Origin: a virus
Length of the DNA stretch: 64,000 bases
IMG/VR virus record: IMGVR_UViG_3300045988_143823
Strand: one strand, 5' to 3'
Every line of letters starts with the position of its first letter. Position 1 is the first letter of the stretch. Positions 12,724-22,301 of the stretch are shown here, piece by piece. The position numbers and the translations under genes are program-made. The notes under the pieces are model-generated. The model did no database searches and had not been told where the DNA came from. It worked only from the letters and a program-made list of their open reading frames with translations.

Positions 12724-13319
12724 TGTATAATATATTAGCATTAATTGGTGAAGCGGGGAGTGGTAAGGATACCATTCTCCGTAAACTAATTGATGATACA
12801 AAACATTATTATAATGGTAAATTACCTCTACATGAAATTATAAGTTATACTTCAAGACCTCCAAGAGAAAAAGAAGTGGATGGTATTAACTACCATTTTA
12901 TCTCAGCAGAAAAATTTGCTGAAATGATTTTATAGAATCAAATGTTTGAAGCTACTGTTTTTAATGAATGGTGCTATGGCACAGGAATTGAGTCAGTCAA
13001 AGAAGGCGCTATCAATGTAGGAGTATTTAATCCAGAAGGCGCAGAGATTTTATTACATGATAAACGAGTAAATTTAATTATCGTTTATATTCACGCAGAT
13101 GATAAAATTCGATTAATTAGATAGTTAAATCGAGAAGCTAACCCAGATATTGATGAAATTATTCGTCGATATAAAACAGATAAACTCGATTTTGAAGATG
13201 CTGATGATTTATGTAATTGGTTATATACAAATAATACTCCTGCGGAATTAGAATATATATATAAAGATTTAGCATTATTCCTGTCTCGGTGGCCGGAGCA
13301 TCTGGACACAACTTATTAA
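12723..13319 (+). CDS. gmk: guanylate kinase-like nucleoside monophosphate kinase, 2 in-frame TAG codons
   Basis: P-loop GEAGSGKDT and the guanylate kinase signature YTSRPPREKEVDGINYHF; three same-frame fragments joined by TAG at 12933 and 13122. Confidence 0.7.
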
Positions 13320-13333
13320 TTTATTTACAACAA

Positions 13334-13380
13334 ACACTAAATATAGTGGATATCCTAATTTTTTCCACTATATTTAGTGC
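13334..13380 (+). promoter_or_regulatory. Two NrdR-box-like palindromes (aCACTAAATATAGTGg / cCACTATATTTAGTGc), 31 bp centre to centre
   Basis: Each 16-mer matches the NrdR-box consensus acaCwAtATaTwGtgt. The tandem pair 3 helical turns apart, directly upstream of nrdD, is the canonical arrangement. Confidence 0.6.
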
Positions 13381-13391
13381 GGAGGTTATAA

Positions 13392-15662
13392 ATGTTTTAT
13401 ATAATTAAACGTAATGGCGATGTAATGCCATTTAACAAACAAAAAATTATTGATGCTATTACTAAAGCATTTATTGCTGTAGATAAAAATATTTTTGAAT
13501 CAGATAGTATTAATAGTATCGCTGATGAAGTAGAATATAGAGCGAGTCATTTCCCCGATGGAAGTGTTAATGTTGAAGACATCCAAAATTGGATTGAAGA
13601 AGCATTAATGGCATCAGAGCGTCCTGATATTGCTCGTGCTTATATTCGCTACAGATATAAAAAAGAAGTCGCTCGCACTCATTCAACTGAATTTATTGCA
13701 GCGATTGGTGAAAAAATTCGTGGAGCTAATATTCAGAATCAAAACGCTAATGTCGATGAAGCATCATTTGGTGGGCGTATGGGTGAAGCCAATAGTCTCT
13801 TAATGAAGCAATATGCTCTTGATTATATCGTATCTCCTCGCACAAAACGCAATCATGAAGAGAATATGATTTATACTCATGACCTTGACCATTATGCTGT
13901 GGGTGACCATAATTGTTTATCAATTCCATTTGACGATTTGCTTGCTAATGGATTTAATACTCGTCAAACAGATGTACGTCCAGCAGGTTCAGTAAATACA
14001 GCATTCCAATTAGTTGCAGTTATTTTCCAATTACAATCTCTTCAATAGTTTGGTGGAGTGAGTGCTACTCATCTTGATTGGACTATGGTTCCCTATGTTA
14101 AAAAAAGTTTTAGAAAACATTTTAAAGCATATTTAACTGATGTTGATGATTATAGTGAAGGTATGGCTCTACAAATTATGAGTGATTGTGAGCCTATTGA
14201 AATTTCTAATAAAGAATTGCAAAATCAATTTGGTCATCAAAATGCTTATAATTATGCTCTGAAACAGACAGAAAAAGAAATCCATCAAGCGGTTGAAGGC
14301 ATGTATCATAATTTAAATACTCTTCAAAGTCGTAGCGGTAATCAACTTCCATTTACTTCTATTAACTATGGAACTTGCACTCTTCCAGAAGGAAGAATGA
14401 TTACAAAAGCTCTATTGGAAGTGTCTCTTGAAGGATTAGGTAAATTACATAAAACTTCTATTTTTCCTTGTGGAATTTTCCAATGTATGAAGAGTGTTAA
14501 TAGAGAACCAGGTGACCCGAATTATGATTTATTTAAACTTGCGTTAAAATCTACTGCTAAAAGATTATATCCTAATTATGCGAATGTTGATTGGTCTGGA
14601 AATGCTGGCTATGATATTAATGACCCACGCACCTATTTTAGCACAATGGGATGCCGAACCGCCAATGGATATGATATTAACGGTTTAGGTCAATTAAAAG
14701 ATGGCCGTGGAAATATTTGTCCAGTAACCATTATTATGCCTACATTAGCTATGATAGCAAAAACTAAGGTAAATAATCTTCTTGTTTTTAAAGTATTAGA
14801 TGAAGATAGCGAAGTAAAAATTAATGAATATATAAGAACATTTATGGATTTACTTGATGAAAAAATCCATGAAGCAAAAGATCAATTAATTGAGCGTTTT
14901 GATTGGATTTGTTCTCAAAGCCCGGCTTCAGCCAAATTCATGTATGAAAATAATTTGATGGCAGGCTATATTCCAGAAGAAGGAATTAGAAGCGCGCTTA
15001 AACATGGAACACTGGCTCTAGGTCAGTTAGGACTAGCAGAAACTCTACAAATTCTTATTGGCGTTGACCACACTACTCCAGAGGGAATGGAATTAGCAAA
15101 AAGAATTGAATCCTTATTTAAACAGCGTTGCGCGGAATTTAAGGAACAATATAAATTAAACTTCGGTGTTTATTATACTCCCGCGGAAAATCTCTGCTAT
15201 ACTGCAATGAAGAAATTTAAGGCTAAGTATGGCGAAATTCCTAATGTAAGTGATAAAGAATTTTTTACTAATTCAATTCATGTTCCTGTATGGAAAGAAA
15301 TGAGTCCATTTGACAAAATTGATATTGAGAGTCAATTGACTGGATATAGTAATGCCGGTTGTATTACTTATGTTGAGTTAGATTCTACAGTATCTAATAA
15401 TTTAACTGCGCTTGAACAAATTGTAAATTATGCTATGGATAAAGATATTCCTTATTTTGCTGTAAATGTTCCTAATGACACTTGTCTCAAATGCGGATAT
15501 ACTGGTGAATTCAATGATAAATGTCCTGAATGTGGTAGTAAAGAAATCCAGCAACTTCGTCGTGTGACCGGCTATTTAACTGGTAATTATAAAACCGCGT
15601 TTAATTTAGGAAAGCAAGATGAAGTTGAACATCGAGTCAAACACGTAGGAGTGATGGAATGA
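13392..15662 (+). CDS. nrdD: anaerobic ribonucleoside-triphosphate reductase NrdD (class III RNR), one in-frame TAG at 14046
   Basis: N-terminal ATP-cone, C-terminal zinc-ribbon CLKCGY...CPECG, and a glycyl-radical-like RVTGY C-terminus; ORFs 13392 and 14058 are in the same frame. Confidence 0.9.
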
Positions 15663-16153
15663 GATACGCAGGAATAATTAAAAATGATATTGCTGGAGCT
15701 CCTGGAGTGTGTGTCTCATTTTTCACTCAAGGATGTGCCAGACATTGTGAGGGCTGTTAGAATCCAGAAACTTGGGATTTTAACGGCGGAAAAGAATTTA
15801 CCACAGATACATTAGATGATATAGTAAATGCTCTTACTGCTAATGGTATACATCGTGATTTTTGTATTATGGGTGGAGAGCCCCTTGCTCCAGAAAATCT
15901 ATTCCTTGTAAATTTAATTATTGAACATATTAAAGAAGCTCTTCCCAAAACAAAAATTTTTTTATGGACTGGATATACAATGGATGAATTGGCTATGCGC
16001 AGAGAGCCACATCTAAAAAATATTGTTGATAATATTGATTGTATTATTGATGGCCCATTTAAAATTGAACAACGAGATATTACCTTACCTATGCGTGGCT
16101 CACGCAATCAAAAAGTTTATTACGCTCCATTTGACTTATGGGAAAAAATATGA
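15659..16153 (+). CDS. nrdG: anaerobic RNR activating protein NrdG (radical SAM), one in-frame TAG directly after the CxxxCxxC motif
   Basis: ATG overlaps the nrdD TGA; motif GCARHCEGC-TAG-NPETW matches the NrdG signature GC..C.GC[HYQ]N..TW. Confidence 0.85.
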
Positions 16154-16159
16154 TATAAT
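16131..16159 (+). promoter_or_regulatory. SigA-like promoter TTGACT-N17-TATAAT (extended -10 TGATATAAT) inside the 3' end of nrdG
   Basis: Consensus elements about 25 nt upstream of the 16181 start. Confidence 0.45.
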
Positions 16160-16180
16160 ATAGAAAATGGAGGATAATAA

Positions 16181-16726
16181 ATGACTAATGGATTAAAATG
16201 TATTGGTGTAAAAACCATTGATGAATTAAAATATTCTCCTCAAGTATTTGAAGATGGGGCAATAGCATATACTGATGATAAAAAAGTATATTGTTATGTA
16301 AATAATAAATGGGAAGAAGTATCAGACTATGGTACTGTTGATAAAATTGATGATACTAAAGCTAATTTAAACTTAAATTTATATGATTTAAATAAATCTT
16401 TAGTGCGTTCATTACCCGATCCCGATACAGATACATTAGGAGATTATCAACAAAAAATTAATAGTTATCATCGAAAAATAAATAATAATTATTATCTTAT
16501 GTTATGTAGAGATTATAATTATTATACTGTATTTCATTATGAACCAACAATTATTGCTGATTCATTTGGTAAATCTGTATTAGATTGTCTCGCTGATGTT
16601 GGCAAGATTAAAACATTAGACTGGAATGAAGAGCAAGGCGCAATTGAAATTTGGATGTCCATTGATGATAATATTTATATGTTCTATTTATTTGGATATG
16701 ATGCAGGGGTGGTGGATTTTTCGTGA
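16181..16726 (+). CDS. hypothetical protein
   Basis: ORF track entry with RBS GGAGGA; no recognisable motif. Confidence 0.4.
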   Translation: MTNGLKCIGVKTIDELKYSPQVFEDGAIAYTDDKKVYCYVNNKWEEVSDYGTVDKIDDTKANLNLNLYDLNKSLVRSLPDPDTDTLGDYQQKINSYHRKINNNYYLMLCRDYNYYTVFHYEPTIIADSFGKSVLDCLADVGKIKTLDWNEEQGAIEIWMSIDDNIYMFYLFGYDAGVVDFS

Positions 16727-17001
16727 ATCGTTTATTTTGTAGTTTACAACCATTTGATATGGTTCAACAAATTTATGCAGTAGATAATAATGGCAATATC
16801 ATAGATACATTTAGTTGTACGTTTGACGATATGATTGAAGCTGTTCCATCCTATTGCAAAAATAATAATATTAATGTAATTCATTTGTTAGGTATTACTG
16901 ATTACACATTTGAAATGAAACAAAGAATGATGGAATTTTGTAAAACTAATTATGCATATGAAAATTTAAATCTAATTATTGATTGTGGAGAAGGAAAATA
17001 A
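16723..17001 (+). CDS. hypothetical protein
   Basis: ORF track entry with a GTGA overlap on the previous gene. Confidence 0.35.
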   Translation: MNRLFCSLQPFDMVQQIYAVDNNGNIIDTFSCTFDDMIEAVPSYCKNNNINVIHLLGITDYTFEMKQRMMEFCKTNYAYENLNLIIDCGEGK

Positions 17002-17253
17002 TGGAATACCTAGTAAGTACAACTGAAGTATATAGAGTTGATGATGAAGCCAGTGCCACTTCTCTAATTGAGAAGGCTAAGCATGACAGTATGTATGAAT
17101 TGGCTAAATATAGTTCTGTAAAGAAGGAAAAGAAATAGAAGGGTGAGATTATTGATGAATGGTATCAAGTATCCTTGACCAAAAAATTCAATGATGAAAA
17201 AGACCCTATTTCTATCGTTAATATTAAATATGGGGAGCAAATTGATTTCTAAT
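17002..17253 (+). CDS. hypothetical protein, one in-frame TAG
   Basis: ATG adjacent to the previous TAA; the frame continues through a TAG to a TAA overlapping the dut start. Confidence 0.3.
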
Positions 17254-17809
17254 GATTAAATTTGAAAAAGTTTCTAAATACCCTGATGCAGTAATTCCCA
17301 CTCGTAGTACAGTGAATTCCGCAGGATACGATTTTACTGTAGCTGAAGATATTGTAATCCCATCTTATTCTAATCAAATGAGCGAAATGGTCCGATGGGG
17401 TAGAATAGGCCATACTTATACTCTAACTGAGATGGCAAATTTTACAAAAGAATTAAAAATAAAACCTACTCTTGTTCCTACTGGAATTAAATGTAGTCTT
17501 GGCCGCGATACATACCTTGAATTGTCTGTCCGTAGTTCTACTCCACTAAAGCATTGGATTATTCTGGCTAATGGAGTAGGAATTATTGATGCTGATTATT
17601 ATAACAATCCTGACAATGAAGGACATATTTATTTTCAAGTAATTAATCTTACTCCATATGATATTCAACTTAAAAAGGGAGATAAAATTGGTCAAGGTAT
17701 TATCAAGCCATATCTAATGACAATTGATGATAATGCTTTTGGTCAACGACTTGGTGGATTTGGCTCTACTACAAGTAGTCCAGAAGCCAATCAAGCTAGT
17801 CTAACTTAA
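17252..17809 (+). CDS. dut: dUTP diphosphatase
   Basis: dUTPase motifs SAGYDF, GVGIIDADYY and C-terminal RLGGFGSTTS. Confidence 0.85.
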   Translation: MIKFEKVSKYPDAVIPTRSTVNSAGYDFTVAEDIVIPSYSNQMSEMVRWGRIGHTYTLTEMANFTKELKIKPTLVPTGIKCSLGRDTYLELSVRSSTPLKHWIILANGVGIIDADYYNNPDNEGHIYFQVINLTPYDIQLKKGDKIGQGIIKPYLMTIDDNAFGQRLGGFGSTTSSPEANQASLT

Positions 17810-18318
17810 TGAATATATTATTTTTAGATTTATCATCTAAATCTACTGGATGGTGCTTATCTTCTGAAAAAGGGGAAATGCTCAAATGGGGATTAATTCC
17901 TATTTCAGGAGATAATACTCTTGAACGTATTAAACAAATGACTGATAAAATTGTAGATTTGATAAAAGAAAATAGTGTTGGTAAAATAGTCGCAGAAGAT
18001 GTGCATCCAGAAGCATATGGAAATAAATCTCATACTGAACGTGTTTTAATGTGGCTTCAAGGGTCTGTGGCATTAGGTGCTCATAGTATTGATACTAGCA
18101 TTGATTACGATTTTATTGAATTTATGAATTCATCATCATGGCGAAAATTACTTGGAATGAAACTTGGTCCAAAAGTAAAACGAGTAGCACTTAAACAAGC
18201 AGATATTGAGTTTGTAAAAAATAAATATGGTATAGTGGCTAATGATGATGTATGCGATGCTATATGTTTATACACTGCATATTTCACTAAATCTCAAGAG
18301 GAGTATAATTGGGAATAA
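17809..18318 (+). CDS. RuvC-family Holliday junction resolvase (phage type)
   Basis: N-terminal ILFLDLSSKSTGW resembles the RuvC GIDPG motif; C-terminal DDVCDAICL carries acidic catalytic residues. Confidence 0.6.
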   Translation: MNILFLDLSSKSTGWCLSSEKGEMLKWGLIPISGDNTLERIKQMTDKIVDLIKENSVGKIVAEDVHPEAYGNKSHTERVLMWLQGSVALGAHSIDTSIDYDFIEFMNSSSWRKLLGMKLGPKVKRVALKQADIEFVKNKYGIVANDDVCDAICLYTAYFTKSQEEYNWE

Positions 18319-18396
18319 GGCCAAAATACAAAAAAAAATAACTCCTTATTTGTAAGAACAAATGGATAGAGATTCTTACGGAAAGGAGTTTTTTAA

Positions 18397-18891
18397 ATGC
18401 TTGATTTTATCGCCAAATATTGGCTTGAGTTTTTATTTGGTATAATCGCATTAGGACTTACGGGTTTAGCTAAATATTTTTATAATTTATATAAAAAAGA
18501 AAAATAGCGTTTAGAAGATGAAGCTCATGAAAAAATTATTAAAGAATTAAAAAGTAAAATTAGTGATGAGCATAAAACTACAGCTAATTTATTGCAAACT
18601 GAGCGAAATTTATCTAAACAAGAAAATGATAGTTTAAAACAAGAAATTTATAATGTAAATGATAAAATAGATGTTGTAAGAGATGGCATTTTATCTATTT
18701 AGGGAAAACAATTTAAAAATGATTGTCGAAAATTATTAAATCCAGATCATGAAATCACTCTCGATGAATTTGAAGAAATTGAGAGCGACCATGAGACATA
18801 TAATAAAATGAATGGAAATCACCCGGGAGACAAACTATTCCAAATGGTAGAATAGAAATTTAGAAATAGTTTATCTACTTATAAAGAATAA
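18397..18891 (+). CDS. membrane/coiled-coil protein (one N-terminal TM helix), 3 in-frame TAG codons
   Basis: RBS AAGGAG; hydrophobic segment WLEFLFGIIALGLTGLA then charged coiled-coil region. Confidence 0.35.
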
Positions 18892-18896
18892 AAAAT

Positions 18897-18929
18897 AGCC
18901 GAGAATTAAATAAAACTTAATTCTCGGCT
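18897..18929. terminator. bidirectional hairpin terminator (agccgagaattaa...ttaattctcggct)
   Basis: 13-bp perfect stem between convergent genes. Confidence 0.6.
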
Positions 18930-18938
18930 TATAATAAT

Positions 18939-19460
18939 TTATTCTTCTATTTTATAATAATATTTTAAAAATTCAGGGCTAAAATCGTAAGCTAACCCTT
19001 CTGTAATCAATCCTTCAATCTCACAAATTTCTGCGGAAACATTTTTAATTAATTTTTTAGCTATTTTTAACTCATGGAATGCCATATTTTCTTTGAAGTG
19101 CATTGCGGCTTCTTTATAGATGCTCAATGTTTCCTTCTCCCAATCGAGCCAATGGTAGAGACTCTCTTTACTTAATGATTTAATAGCTCCCTTGGTAACA
19201 TCCATAGATGTTTTGCTATACCATTCTGCTGGAATTAATGTTGTATTTTCCATTTCAAATTGTGGAATTGAAAAATATATTTTTGCATAACAATCTTTAA
19301 TACATTGAAGAGTTTCTAATTCTTCCTAAGATTGATGGCAATGGATTTCTTTTAAACCATCTAAACATAAAAAACGGTAATAGTCAGTCATATTTTCATG
19401 ATAAACTACTCCCTCTGTTTGGCGTTTAATTATAGAAATCATATATTCTTGACAATCCAT
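18939..19460 (-). CDS. hypothetical protein, about 173 aa, one in-frame TAG
   Basis: ORF 18939..19253 extends upstream through a TAG at 19326 to an ATG at 19458-60. Confidence 0.35.
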
Positions 19461-19465
19461 TCAAC

Positions 19466-19888
19466 TCACCCGACCTTTATAATATCGACTTCAACAGTTG
19501 AATAGGTTGTTGCACCAGTGTTAACAAATGTCAAATTGGCATTGTTATTTATAGAACGACATGATGGTAGAACTTTTACTAATGTAGTAAAATGAACTGT
19601 ACCAGTGTCAACTAGACTTGCAATTGCGGTTGGAATGGCAGTTCCATTATTGTAAGCCTAGACTGAAAATGTGTTGCCAGAGCCAGCATCACCAGTTGCA
19701 GTTACTGCAACTAAATAAGTGCCGGTTCGAGTTAAACTAATCGCAGGACTGCCTGCGATATGAGAAATACCACAACCACTTTGGAATATATTATTCTGGA
19801 GTGGAATAGGATTACCCGTAGCAAGAGTCTAGCTAGTTGTAGAGGTAGTCGTTAGAATTGGATTAGAGCAATTTGAACAAGTACTCAT
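19466..19888 (-). CDS. small Cys-rich protein with a BclA/C1q-like (TNF-fold) C-terminal domain, 2 in-frame TAG codons
   Basis: RBS AAAGGAG; MSTCSNCSNP... then TGTYLVAVTATG...YNNGTAIP...STVEVDIIKVG, pattern-wise similar to exosporium BclA C-terminal domains. Confidence 0.35.
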
Positions 19889-19917
19889 TCGTATGAACTC
19901 CTTTCTTAGTTAGAATA

Positions 19918-19939
19918 GAGGGAGGATATTTCCTCCCTC
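19918..19939. terminator. hairpin terminator GAGGGAGGA-tattt-CCTCCCTC
   Basis: GC-rich stem immediately after the TAA of gene 19946..20623. Confidence 0.6.
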
Positions 19940-19945
19940 AATAAA

Positions 19946-20623
19946 TTAATTACCGCAAGCTCCGCATCCACTAAATGCGCTATAAATATTACTTGCAGTA
20001 TAAGGACTACAAGTAATATATGCAGGAGTAGGATATGGGCGTAAGACATTTAATAAATCAGAAGTCTGATTCATGTTCTGAATTGTTAAGTTGGCAGACT
20101 GTAATTCAGTACGCAGACCTTCAATCTTATCGGTAGTTAAATAATCAAGAATACGCTGAACACCAGCATTTTGATTATTTAAAATATCACGAGTATTTAA
20201 GTTGCTAGTATTTACAATATCGCAAATATTTTTAGCATTCTCATATCTCACAGCGTCAATATTGCGATTAGTTGTGCAACAACATTCTTGCTGGGCGAAA
20301 CGATTATCGTTTAACCCTTTCATTACTTCATATTGGATATTACCCCAACGGTTAGTAGCATCACGTTCAAATGCGCTTACTTCGGTAAGGATCATATCTT
20401 GATTGCGGAACATATCTTGACGACCTAAGCCATCGGCCAATTCAGCGCGAGTTAAAGCGCCTTGAGTAGAACCGCCACCAAATAATCCGCCGCCCCCCCA
20501 AGCCAGTAGGAAGAATAAGAAGAATACCCAAGTCCAAGTGCCGCCAAAACTATTATTGTTATTGTCGCCTTGAGTCATTGCCATGATATCAGCAGGAGAT
20601 AATCCGTTTTCAGTGAGAGCCAT
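19946..20623 (-). CDS. membrane protein with a Gly-rich TM segment and a Cys-rich C-terminus (CCC...GCGACGN); no TAG
   Basis: ORF track entry; RBS GAAAGGAATG; one hydrophobic helix WTWVFFLFFLLAW. Confidence 0.45.
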   Translation of the reverse strand: MALTENGLSPADIMAMTQGDNNNNSFGGTWTWVFFLFFLLAWGGGGLFGGGSTQGALTRAELADGLGRQDMFRNQDMILTEVSAFERDATNRWGNIQYEVMKGLNDNRFAQQECCCTTNRNIDAVRYENAKNICDIVNTSNLNTRDILNNQNAGVQRILDYLTTDKIEGLRTELQSANLTIQNMNQTSDLLNVLRPYPTPAYITCSPYTASNIYSAFSGCGACGN

Positions 20624-20787
20624 AATTTTTACATTCCTTTCTAATTATATTGAGATTGGAAGATAGAATAAGCTTCATCAAAATTGATTCCCTTTTCTCG
20701 GCAGATATTGCGTGCAATTTGAATAATCTCTGCTTCTGATTTTCCTTAAGCCATTCTTTGTGCCTATTGGAATAAGGGATTAGAATT

Positions 20788-21220
20788 TAAATTCTGTAGC
20801 ATCGCCATTGGGTTCATCATTTGGTTTGGATTCATCTGCGTTAGCTCCTTTCAGTTTATTAATTTCATTAACTAGAATTGTGACTGTTTTCTCGAATTCT
20901 TCTTTGCTTACATAAGAAGCGTCAGATGGTGTTGCTTCTGGCTATGTTGTTGGAGGAGGAGTAGCTTTTAATTCATACATATTTAATGAAGCTGTTCCAT
21001 CTAAATTGATTTGTTTTGTGTAGATACGTCGATTTGCTAGGTCTGGAAAATAGAAAACCGACCCGTCAAAATCAATACCTGTTGCTCGGACTTCTTCAAG
21101 ACTAGAGACCGGCCGACCTTTTAATCCTTGAAGTTGTTGAGTATATTGGTTAGTAGGCATATAACGATTCAGGTAGGGATTTTGAGATTGAGGATAATAG
21201 TTATAACTGTTTGGATACAT
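20788..21220 (-). CDS. Q/N/Y/P-rich hypothetical protein (spore-coat-like composition), one in-frame TAG
   Basis: ORF 20942..21220 continues through a TAG to a TAA at 20788. Confidence 0.35.
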
Positions 21221-21243
21221 TTTCTAGAAAATACCTCGCTTTC

Positions 21244-21296
21244 CAAATTTTTTACAGCGGAGTAAAAAATTTTACAATGGTGTAAAAAATTTTACT
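21244..21296. promoter_or_regulatory. Operator-like repeats: GTAAAAAATTTTAC x2 (21262-75, 21282-95) plus an inverted partial copy (21244-58)
   Basis: Near-palindromic 14-mers spaced 20 bp apart in a divergent intergenic region. Confidence 0.4.
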
Positions 21297-21408
21297 AAGC
21301 TCCTCCATTATATAATGTAAATTAATGGACCAATTAATGATTTTTGCCTGGTTATTTTCGAAAAAACTATCTAGAATATTTTTTATATTAAATAGGAATT
21401 GACATTTA

Positions 21409-21437
21409 TTGACTTTTCCAAAAATTTATTTTATAAT
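21409..21437 (+). promoter_or_regulatory. Consensus SigA promoter TTGACT-N17-TATAAT (a second TTGACA lies 10 bp upstream)
   Basis: Perfect hexamers with a 17-nt spacer, about 30 nt upstream of the 21466 ATG. Confidence 0.55.
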
Positions 21438-21465
21438 ACAGAAAAATGGAAGAGGAGGAAAATTT

Positions 21466-21879
21466 ATGGATTGGCTAGAAATGCTACAACAAATTTTCAA
21501 TATTCTTATTGTCCCAGTACTAACAGCTGTCTCTTTATTCTTGGTTCGTTTTATTCAGTCTAAAACCAATGAATTGAAGGCTAAAACCAATGATGAAACT
21601 CTTCAAAAATATATGGACATGCTTAATAAAACAATTACTGATTGTGTATTAGCAACAAATCAAACATATGTTGAAAGTCTGAAGGGGCAAAATGCATTTG
21701 ATAAAAATGCTCAACTGGAAGCATTCAAAAAGACCTATAACGCTGTAATGGGTATTTTGACTGAAGATGCTAAAGAGTATCTTGAGGAAGCCCTCGGTGA
21801 TTTGAGTGGATATATTACCACTAAAATCGAGTCTGAGGTTAATACAAATAAGGCTCAACCTAAAAAGGCCGAAGAATAA
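21466..21879 (+). CDS. holin-like membrane protein (N-terminal TM then hydrophilic tail; LL-H-holin-like architecture)
   Basis: RBS GGAAGAGGAGG; start at the ATG at 21466 rather than the upstream track start; TM ILIVPVLTAVSLFLV. Confidence 0.35.
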   Translation: MDWLEMLQQIFNILIVPVLTAVSLFLVRFIQSKTNELKAKTNDETLQKYMDMLNKTITDCVLATNQTYVESLKGQNAFDKNAQLEAFKKTYNAVMGILTEDAKEYLEEALGDLSGYITTKIESEVNTNKAQPKKAEE

Positions 21880-22254
21880 TTGATCATCTGTTTGTGCGGG
21901 AGCACTAAATTCAAAGAGTCCTTCGAGAAATTAGGAGCAATCCTATCTCTCGAAGGACATATTGTTTTATCTCCTAAAGTATTTGCTCATGCAGATAATA
22001 TTGTATTATCATCGGACACAGAAACTAGATTATTAAATTCTAGTAAAAATAAAATTAATATGGCTGATGCCGTTTATTTTATTACTGGAGAAAATGAATA
22101 TATTGGAACAACTGGCTATCAAGAAATTTGTTATGCTAGAAAATTAAATAAACCTATTACCTATTTTTCTAATAAAAAAATTGATGAATATGGTTATAAT
22201 GTTATCCGATAGCATGTGAATAACGTGATGGAGCAAACAAAAAATGGCGATTAA
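21880..22254 (+). CDS. nucleoside 2-deoxyribosyltransferase-like protein; TTG start; one in-frame TAG at 22210
   Basis: Motifs LCGSTKF and GTTGYQEICYARKLNKPI resemble the NDT family; if TAG is sense, the frame ends at a TAA inside the terminator stem. Confidence 0.3.
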
Positions 22255-22290
22255 GAAAAAATTTGTACTATTTTCTTAATCGCCATTTTT
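22241..22290. terminator. bidirectional hairpin terminator (aatggcgattaagaaaa...ttttcttaatcgccatt)
   Basis: 17-bp stem flanked by A- and T-runs between convergent genes. Confidence 0.65.
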
Positions 22291-22301
22291 TTATTTATAA
22301 A

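Noticed and set aside
19700-19760. tRNA-like GGTTCGAGT T-loop motif
   Set aside because: No pairing acceptor or anticodon stems in the flanks; it lies inside a coding frame
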